A stretch of 64,000 nt of DNA. It comes from Amphiscolops sp. MND2022 (lineage: Eukaryota). Made by a program: the position numbers and the translations under genes. The notes under the pieces were generated by a model. The model made no database searches. It had not been told where the DNA came from and saw only the letters and a program-made list of their open reading frames with translations. This document shows positions 12,705-22,011 of the stretch, piece after piece; within the stretch, counting starts at the first letter, position 1, and every line of letters starts with the position of its first letter. Location: positions 84,756,001 to 84,820,000 of the forward strand of contig OZ076409.1 of the NCBI GenBank assembly GCA_964187785.1, given 5' to 3'.

Positions 12705-13142
12705 GTTAGTTTGATTTTTTTTACAAGACAGAAGGCCATTTAAGGCACTGAGTGTGAGTCCCACCAAGTTCCAGTGAAAAAGGTATCAGTGTCCCAGCAA
12801 GTGTTGATCAAAGCGTAACGATACATTGAACGGTTTTGCAGTAATACACACTTGGAAGTACCAGGCTATTATTTTACACTGCCTTAACGGTTTCGTAGCA
12901 AATTCCAGGCATTTTGCACTATGTTTCGTATGAGGTACCACCAAGGCTGAGTAAAAAACGGAATCTATGTCCCACCAATTCTGGTATCGTAAACGGCCTT
13001 ATTTTTGCACGGCCTTAACGGGGCATCTGAAAATTGAAAAACACTGCCTATTGCCGAAGTTTCCACCGAAGTCATTTTTGTGAGACAATTAAAAGAAACA
13101 ATTCTCAATTGATCATTCTTGTTTATCCGTTCATATTCACAG

Positions 13143-14467
13143 GTGAGGAGTTGCGCTATGATTATGGTTTTCCTCATGCAGAATGGAGACGAAATCCTCA
13201 AGCTCCGGGAACCAAAAGTAATATAGATAATATAGAAGCCGCTGATTCCAAAAACAAAATATCTCGTAATGTGGACGAGCCCTTCATAACAGTGACAAGG
13301 AAGAAGAAACTGGAAACTCTCTTCAAACAATCTGGACCTGAAAAAGAAAAACCCGGTGATTCCGAAAAAAGAATTTCATCAACAACGCAAAGAAAAGGAA
13401 AAGAATCTGAAGTTCCAGTGAAAGAGGTTTCCAATTTGTATCCCAATCTTAGTGCGAAGAACCTCACAATTCCACTTCAGCCTGTGCCATTGCAATCATG
13501 CAACGAATCTAACAACATTGAGATACAAAACGCAGCGGACACAGTAGAAAAACCTCCTAACACATTACACAACAATGCGGGGGACACGGAACAGAGGATC
13601 TCAACAAAGTCATCGCAAAACCAATCTAGCAAAGTTGAGAAAAGCAAAACTACTGACACAGAAGAGAAGGCTCTTAACCCGTTACGCAAAGAAGGGGACA
13701 CGGAACTGAGGATCTCAACAAAATCATCGCAAAACCAATCTAGCAAAGTTGAGAAAAACAAAACTACTGACACAGAAGAGAAGGCTCTTAACCCGTTACG
13801 CAAAGAAGGGGACACGGAACCGAGGATCTCAACAAAATCATCGCAAAACCAATCTAGCAAAGTTGAGAAAAACAAAACTACTGACACAGAAGAGAGACGG
13901 GGGGGCACGGAACCGAGGATCTCAACAAAATCATCGCAAAACCAGTCTAGCAAAGTTGAGAAAAACAAAACTACTGACACAGAAGAGAAAGCTCCTAACC
14001 CGTTACGCAAAGACGGGGACACGGAACCGAGGATCTCAACAAAATCATCGCAAAACCAATCTAGCAAAGTTGAGAAAAACAAAACTACTGACACAGAAGA
14101 GAAGGCTCCTAACCCGTTACGCAAAGACGGGGACACGGAACCGAGGATCTCAACAAAATCATCGCAAAACAAATCTAGCAAAAATGAGAAAAACAAAACT
14201 ACTGACACAGAAGAGAAGGCTCCTAACGCGTTACGCAAAGACGGGGACACGGAACCGAGGATCTCAACAAAATCATCGCAAAACCAATCTAGCAATGTTG
14301 AGAAAAACAAAACTACTGACACAGAAGCGAAAGCTTCTAAACAACCACGGAAACCGAAGAATGTAACTAGAAGCATTGAAGCATCGTATGCCAAAATGAC
14401 TGAACTAGAAGGAAGAAAACCAAAAACACCTTTTGGAGCCAAAAACGAATGTATAATACCTCAGAAG
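13143..14467 (+). CDS. Exon 2 of SET-YR gene: SET C-terminal motif plus charged repeat linker
   Basis: CACAG acceptor; splicing restores RPIQSGEELRYDYG (SET ELxYDY motif); AAG|GTAAGC donor, phase 0. Confidence 0.8.
13580..14335 (+). repeat. 114-bp (38-aa) coding tandem repeat, about 7 copies (one shortened)
   Basis: GDTEPRISTKSSQNQSSKVEKNKTTDTEEKAPNPLRKD; units start at 13580, 13694, 13808 and so on. Confidence 0.9.
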
Positions 14468-14845
14468 GTAAGCACAATTTCATTAATTACCCGTTTAAGA
14501 TTTGAAATTACTGACTTTTTGAAAAATCTTTTTTTGGTTGCGTTTGCACCTCAAAGTGAAAACAATTTGATGGCTTTCATGCACCTCATTCATTGAAGTG
14601 CCACAGGATTTTAAAATCATGCTGGTAAAAGTTTTTTTTTTAATTGTTAAGTTTAATCATGTGAAAAGAATTTTGCATGTAAAAACAAACGCATTGTGAA
14701 CGAATGTAGATTATAATGCTTCATCATCTGGAAATAACCTCAATACAATTTTAGTCCAAAAGGAAGCCACTGTGGTTTTAGAGCGAAATATTTTTTTCGG
14801 AACTGTGTTGTTCCAGAAAGAATAAGATTCTCCCTTTTTAAGCAG

Positions 14846-16297
14846 TTGGAGCTCTCTGAGGGAACATCAAGGGCTTTGAGAATTCTCAACAAAGGACGCG
14901 AATACTTAACGCCGAAGCCTGAGGAAGATTTGGATTCTCACTCAGCCGAAGAACACAGCAACATACCTGAACAATCAAGCGAGAGTTCCAGCGACGATTC
15001 GTCGTCGGAAACATCTGAATCTTCATGTGAAAGTTACATTGTTGATGAGGATGAAGGTAGCGAGGAACTGTCTTCAGAAGAAGAAACAGAAACTGCATCA
15101 ACAGCTGAAAGAGCGCCACGTACACCCAATAAAGTTTCATCAAATCAGACAGTGGTATTGGGAGAAGGCATTTCTCAGATCAGTGAGAGTAGTTATCAGA
15201 CCGCACTAGCTTCAACGTCGTCTACAAGACCAGATGATGTTGCAAACACTATGGACGGCTATGATAACATTGAAGACGACATGCAACAATATGTCAACGC
15301 TAATTGTTCCGGAAAATGGAGATTCAACTCAAAGTATCTCAGGAAGATCCAGATTGTTGTCTCTGAAGGTAAATACAAAAAGAAGAAATGTTGTCCTTAC
15401 TGTCCTTTCGAAGATATCAAAGATGCGACAATGGTCGCCAAATTACATCGCCATTTGCAATCATTCCATCAAAGAGAGCTCCGCGTCAGTAACCTTAGGC
15501 GAATAAATCTAGAAATAGAAGAATTAGAAGGAAGTAAGGAAATCGCGACAACTGAACGCGATTTGAGGAAACTTCATAAAGAGAAAGAGCAAACATACCG
15601 CTTGATCACATATGAAGGCCAGTACAAATATTACAGGACAGTACAGATTCACTGACAAACTGATCGTAGTCAGGGACCCAACGGAAACGGAGAATCCAAC
15701 AGCTGATAACTATGCTCCTTGTCCTGATTGTCTTGGCTTCTTCATGAGAAAAACCATGTACCGGCACAAACTAGACTGCCCGGCAGTTACCAAGTCTAGC
15801 CATAAGGAAGGAAAAAACAAAAACATCAAAGCTGCCATCTTTGCGTTGATGCTTGAAATCAAAGCAAATCATAACACACCATTCCAGGAATTCCTTTATA
15901 ACAATTTAAGAAACGATCCAGTTGCAGAACTAATACGAAATGACCCCCTTATAAAGTATGTTGGGGAATATTATTTCAACAAGCGAAAATCAGACGAAGG
16001 CTACAATCAGATCAGGGACAGAATGCGAGTAATGGCCAAACTTGTTCTCCAACTGGAATGCTCATATTTGATTGAACTAATCAGACCAGACATGTGGTCA
16101 AAAGTGAAAGAAGCGGCGTCAAAAAATTTTGCAAAATCCTACCAAGTGAAAATGGGATCGATTCTGAAAACAGCTGCTGCATTTCTGCAAAATCAAGCTT
16201 TCGTGTGGGAGAAGAAGGAGATATCTCAACAAGCTAAACAGTTTCAGAAAATTATTGACACTGAATGGGCTCAAATATCCGCACCTGCTAAATACGA
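14846..16297 (+). CDS. Exon 3 of SET-YR gene: acidic region, Cys/His zinc motifs and helical pre-catalytic region; one frameshift near 15612-15655
   Basis: GCAG acceptor, phase 0. CPYC...KLHRHLQSFH lies in ORF 14846 and LIVVRDP...YAPCPDCLGFF...RHKLDC in overlapping ORF 15612, with no intron evident between them. GA|GTAAGT donor, phase 2. Confidence 0.7.
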
Positions 16298-16682
16298 GTA
16301 AGTTGGAACCTTTCAAAAACTATTGAGGCAAATATTTACAAAAAGTATCGAATTTTGGCAAAAATTTGAAAAAAATTGTAGTTTCGGAGTGTGAGAAACG
16401 TAGTGGAACTTTGTCTAAAATAGTTACTTAGCCAATTTCAGTCGTTTTGCTCTAGTCCTTATAGCGGGCCCACCTTTTATGTCTCACTTAGTGTGCGTCC
16501 CACCAAGGCCAAGTAAAAGAGCGGGTTTATGTCCCACTAAGTCTGGTTTGCTCAACAATTCAAGGAAAAGAAGCCACAATGTAAAAAGTTGCTCCACACG
16601 TTTTATTTAGGCCCCCTAAAACTAGCTGATAAACGTTTTCAGCCTTTTCTTTCCCAAATCTAATCACCTTGTGTTTTTCTAG

Positions 16683-17466
16683 GTTGGTCAAGAAGCAAAA
16701 TGAGAGCATACATCTGGTTATTCCCACTACGGACATCATTAAATTCCGGCAAAGCATTGGAAAAAAAGTGCGAGAACTCCTCGAACTGACTAAGTATAAC
16801 TATGCCGAACTCAAACTAACTGTGATAGCTGATCTTGTTAGTTTCAACAAGAAGCGTGATCGTGAAGTTTCTGGAATCAAAAGAAGAGATATGATACTAC
16901 AACGGAGTCTTGCCAGTGAACGAGCAAAGACAGCGGATAACGAGCTCGTGAAGCTTACAAAACTAGAGGAAAAGTTCGCAGAAGTCTACACACTCCTCCG
17001 ACTTCCTGGTAAGGGAGGAAAAGTTGTCCCTGTGCTGGTGCCACCGGACACACTCAAACTTATTGATATCATGATAAATGATGACAACTTGAAAAATGAA
17101 ACGTACTTCTTCCAAACAGAAGGTGGAAAACTGCATTACCGGAGCGCTGAGGCCCTGAACAAGTTCGCTAAAGACTTTGAGCTGGAGAACAAACCTTTGT
17201 TCAGGTCAACGAAGCTTCGAAAGTATATGGCGACAGCAGCACAGTTTTTGAACTTACCACAGCACCAGAGGACTTGGGTTGCTGATTTTCTGGGTCATGA
17301 CTTAAGGGTTCACGACAAGTATTACAGGATGCACACTGATGCCGTAAATCTAGCAAAAGTTACAAAATTGTTGTATATGGTCGACAGCGGTAAACTCGAG
17401 GAAGCCTATTCGAAAGACCTTGACACAATTCAACCAACACTGGAGGATGGCGAGTTGGACGACTCG
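16683..17466 (+). CDS. Exon 4 of SET-YR gene: tyrosine recombinase catalytic domain
   Basis: TTCTAG acceptor, phase 2. Motifs in lambda-integrase order: FNKKRDREV (Arg I), PGKGGKVVPVL (Lys), YFFQT, STKLRK (Arg II), FLGHD (His), VHDKYYR (Tyr nucleophile). Confidence 0.8.
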
Positions 17467-18348
17467 GTTAGTTTTGTAGTTTTTGAAAATATCAGTCCGG
17501 ATTAAATAAAAAAAATAGGTTTTGATATTTGTACTATTGCAATAAAGAAAATCCCCTACGGGTCCGGGAATAATCTATCGAAAAAAACAAAAACCCACTG
17601 AAACATTACATGCTGGAATTCAATTTCAGTTATAATTATCATAAGTATAATCATAACATGCAATCCAACGCTAGTTTGTGAAGATGAAGATATTTGATTG
17701 GGAATTGGTTAAAAAGAAACGCAATGTGATCTAAAGTCGATTGCTTCAGAACTTGGTCGTCCAAAGTCAATGAACTCAATATTATTTGCTCCATCTGGCA
17801 AATCTGGAAAACATTGATTTTCAAGAGATCAGTAACTTCGTGTCCAGTTTTAACATAGCACGCGGAAAAGAAATTCAAACCTATTCAGGAACTGTCATCA
17901 ACTGGAAAGAATAGATTTTTTCTTACCTATTTTTTTATAAAGCCAACCATTGATTCTTCTGATTACTTCAGATAACAGTACAGTCAATTTCATTTAATTC
18001 GTAACCGGATAATTCGGATCTTCGTTTATTTTCGTATAAAGTTTCTACTGAAGCAATACAAACCTCTTCTTCACATTGCGTTTCTTTTGGATCATACTCC
18101 CAACGAAACAATACACATCTTAATTGTGCATAATACACATGCATCTAGGCAATGCAGGCCTATTCTCTATCACGTCGCGTTTCTTTTCAAAACTCTCGAA
18201 AACATCAAAGAGTATTGTAACTTTTCAACTATAAAACTTTTGAATTTAAAATTATAAAATAGTAACTTTGTATAGCATAGCCAAAACAAAATCGTTTAGT
18301 TAGAAACAGGTTGACTTCATTTGAGTAATTGGAATTTGTTTTTTCAAG

Positions 18349-18765
18349 GATAACGAAACCGAAGTCCAAGACGATACCAATCATGCGAGATCCGGTGACG
18401 GCGCAGACAATTCACTGAGAAGGTCCAAGGCCTCAACCTCGGGAAGCAAAAACAGTCTCTCACTTGGAACAGGCGATGGTGACACGGGTGACATTTCGGA
18501 TGAATTTAATACAACAATCAAAAGGAATCGAAAGAAAACTACTGGTGGTAAGAAAAAGCCTAAGCCTGGTGGTACTACACGACGAACATGGCCGCTGGAT
18601 CAAGAAAAAAGGCTGAGGAAACAATTCCGAGAAGAGATGAAGCAAGGACGACTGCCTGGCCGAGCAGTTTGTTTGGAGGCAATGAAAAAATATCCCCATG
18701 CTTCAAAGTGGCTGGATATCAAAGATAAAATACGGAACATGACCATCAGTGACGCAAGAAAATGA
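18349..18765 (+). CDS. Exon 5 of SET-YR gene: basic linker and Myb/SANT-like C-terminal domain (not in the ORF track)
   Basis: TTTCAAG acceptor, phase 0. Translates DNETEVQ...RRTWPLDQEKRLRKQF...GRLPGRAVC...KWLDIKDKIRNMTISDARK*, with TGA at 18763-18765; AATAAA at ~18903. Confidence 0.7.
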   Translation, partial: DNETEVQDDTNHARSGDGADNSLRRSKASTSGSKNSLSLGTGDGDTGDISDEFNTTIKRNRKKTTGGKKKPKPGGTTRRTWPLDQEKRLRKQFREEMKQGRLPGRAVCLEAMKKYPHASKWLDIKDKIRNMTISDARK

Positions 18766-19270
18766 TCAGTTATCAGTGACAGGATAACAATAATTGAAGG
18801 ATAAAGTCATATGAACTTTCACTCGAGTATGAAACTTACCTTTTCAAACAAATCCAGGTTTTACGATACTTGACTTGAGTTGTAACAACGTTGTTTGGGC
18901 TGAATAAAAGATTTGCAATGACTTGGATTTTTAATTTACCAGTCAACTTGTTACTAGCTAACTGTGTACTGTCAAGAGTAAAGTATATGAAAATTATTCA
19001 GAAGGTGTACAAAAAATATGGGGTTACCGAGAAAATTTTATCTGTCACTTTGACTAAAACCAATGATTATCAGTACCTTGAGTCCATTTGAAAATTGCCC
19101 AAAGACTGGTCACCAGGGATTGAAAAATATTAAATGCGTGAACAATTAATAATTAAAGTCAATATAATGACTGCAATAAATTTCCAGCCAATTTCGTTGT
19201 GTCTTTGCTCTCTCCAATGACAGAGTTTCATTCGTAAAGAATAACATTCGGAAAACAGAATTATGTTTTG

Positions 19271-19945
19271 AGGTCCCACCAATGCATGTCAATAAGTATT
19301 CTTGATAGCTGAAAATCGCTGAAAAGATTTTGTGTTAAGGTCCCACCAATGCATGTCAATAAGTATTCTTGATAGCTGAAAATCGCTGAAAAGATTTTGT
19401 GTTAAGGTCCCACCAATGCATGTCAATAAGTATTCTTGATAGCTGAAAATCGCTGAAAAGATTTTGTGTTAAGGTCCCACCAATGCATGTCAAAAAGTAT
19501 TCTTGATAGCTGAAAATCGCCAAAAAGATTTTGTGTTTAAGTCCCACCAATGCATGTCAATAAGTATTCTTGATAGCTGAAAATCGCTGAAAAGATTTTG
19601 TGTTAAGGTCCCACCAATGCATGTCAATAAGTATTCTTGATAGCTGAAAATCGCTGAAAAGATTTTGTGTTAAGGTCCCACCAATGCATGTCAATAAGTA
19701 TTCTTGATAGCTGAAAATCGCTGAAAAGATTTTGTGTTAAGGTCCCACCAATGCATGTCAATAAGTATTCTTGATAGCTGAAAATCGCTGAAAATATTTT
19801 GTGTTAAGGTCCCACCAATGCATGTCAATAAGTATTCTTGATAGCTGAAAATCGCCAAAAAGATTTTGTGTTAAGGTCCCACCAATGCATGTCAATAAGT
19901 ATTATTAATAGCCAAGTTAAAGATTTTGTGTATGTCCCACCAAGG
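19271..19945. repeat. 67-bp tandem array, about 10 near-identical copies
   Basis: Unit AGGTCCCACCAATGCATGTCAATAAGTATTCTTGATAGCTGAAAATCGCTGAAAAGATTTTGTGTTA; degenerate motif copies continue to ~19998. Confidence 0.95.
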
Positions 19946-20136
19946 GAAAAGTGTGTACGTCCCACCTTATGCCCGTTTCGTGTACGGACCCACCAAGTGC
20001 TACTTCGTACACATGTGTGTGTGTGTGGGGGGGGGGGGGAGAGTTTCCATTTATAATGAATAAATGATGTTTTATAATTTTATAATTTAATAGTTTACAT
20101 TTCTTTTTAGTTATGGAAAATGGACATTACGGTTTT

Positions 20137-20770
20137 CATCAAAAACGGATGTTGCGGAGTGAACCTTTAATTGTGCATTCCTATCGCTGAGAAAAATACC
20201 AACGAAATGGGATGCATCACATAAAAAAGGGATGCAGTGGATCTTCAAAAGTGCCTTCCTATCGCTGTGAAGGAAAAACAAGAACGATCAATTGATCTTT
20301 TTTCACATCAAAAAGGGGATGCAGTCAGGGGTGTTCAAAATGCTATTCGAATATTTTTGTTGCCTAAAAACCAATTACTTTATTTTCATAGTGGAATAAT
20401 AAAATTTATTTTTTTTGTTAAAAAAAATTTTAGCTCAAATGGAAATCAGCTCAAGATTTCTGTATGTTCGAATTTAATTGGCTGACGATATGTTGAATTA
20501 AACGTTCTTGGTTAGTTTTAGTTATCTAAAGCATAACTATTTTTTTACAGGTTCAAAAATAATTATTTTAATTTTTTATATTTTTTTCATTTCAATTATT
20601 CTTACCCATACTTCTTTATTGAGCACACCTGGAGGCAGTGGATCTTCAATTGTGCCTTTCTATCGCTGTGAAAATAACGATCAACGACTGATTTATCCTT
20701 TTCACATCAAAAACGGATGCAGTAGCGGAGATGATTGGATCTTCAATTATACCCTCCAATCGCTGTGAAG
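20137..20770. repeat. Degenerate local repeat, 3-4 copies
   Basis: CTATCGCTGTGAA...AACGATCAA...TTTTCACATCAAAA..GGATGCAGT and GTGGATCTTCAA recur. Confidence 0.55.
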
Positions 20771-21409
20771 TGGAACGATGTCGTTTACCAAATCAATATG
20801 GGGGACTACAGAGTGGTCTGTATAGAGTCGCCCAGCAGTGTATTTATGTGAGAGAATCGATCCGGTGGTAGACAACGCGTCTAGCTTCACTACATACCCA
20901 TGTGAAATATCAACTGCGCTATCATCCCCTATATGCCGCTGTATTGCACACAAATAAATACTCACACGAATTTGATCTTTCATTTCTCTGATCGTTAAAT
21001 TGTAGATATTTTTTTTGTTCTAAGTAATGATTGATTTTCGACAACCTCTTTTTTCAAATAAATTTGTTTGATTGATAGCTTTTCAAAACCATAAGGCGAC
21101 ATACATTGAAGATGTTGAGAAAAAAAGCTGTGTTTTGGATCCTTCCGAATGCGTGATGTCATGTAAAATTGTGGCTTTTTCATACGTTTTAGTGGCGTTC
21201 GATTAGTTCATTTTTCTGAATGCAAAAATGAACCTTCCCATTATTTTGTAATGACTCCGGGAGCAATTGTTTGGGAACCATAAGCTCATTTTTCAGCTGA
21301 AGGTCGATGCAATTACAGGTTATCAATATTGTTGTTTTCGAGAATTCAAATATTCAATAAACCAAACCGTTTTTGTACGAAGTTTACAAACATAGGTTCA
21401 CAGCAGTCC

Positions 21410-21557
21410 TATTGTTGTGGTGAATCCACAAAAATAAACGAACAAGTTCAGTTTGAATTCGTGTTCCACTACCTTCAATATGCACTACCGCATGTTTAAT
21501 CATTCAATTATAGATTCTTCACACGATGAATAGTAATTAGTGCCTCATTTCTACTGC
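21410..21557 (+). repeat. Left arm of ~150-bp inverted repeat (partner 26003-26150)
   Basis: GAATCCACAAAAATAAACGAAC...CCACTACCTTCAA...GCATGTTT...CAATTATAGATTCTTCACAC...CTACTGC is the reverse complement of 26003-26150, with mismatches. Confidence 0.75.
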
Positions 21558-22011
21558 GTATTTCACCCTGTAGTTTGAAATCAACCCATTGTACCAAATC
21601 TTAAACAATCAGGGGTGTCAAAGATTAACTGAAAATAATCAGCTTAACATCGAGTTTTTAAATGCTACCAACTGCGATCGATTACTTTTGCACTCAGTTG
21701 TTACTTAAGTAATTTTTGACAAACTCGGCATGTAATTTGAAAACTAGTTAAACGTTTCGTATAAATGCAGCGTCATGGGCAGTTCATTATGCGTCAAAAA
21801 AAGCGTTCGATTTTTTCCAATTGATTTAACAACTATAAATACACAAATCTAAATCAATTCTTTAATCTTCTAGACCGATTACTCTCGCAATAACCAGCTG
21901 TTCAACCAATTCAAAAAAGTTCTTCATTATTCTAGAACGACTATTCTTGCAGTACCCAGCAGCTCAATTTTTGCTTTCTCCTTTGATATCGGAGTAAACT
22001 AAAACTTCATA

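Noticed and set aside
13477..14442. 321-aa minus ORF and 205-aa alternative plus-frame ORF
   Set aside because: Open only because the 114-bp repeat lacks stops in those frames; the splice-compatible frame is that of ORF 13034.
16669..17505. Prophage or bacterial integrase contamination
   Set aside because: The YR exon has phase-compatible spliceosomal sites linking it to eukaryotic SET and Myb-like exons.
19271..19945. CRISPR array
   Set aside because: Units are near-identical end to end with no unique spacers; no cas genes; eukaryotic context.
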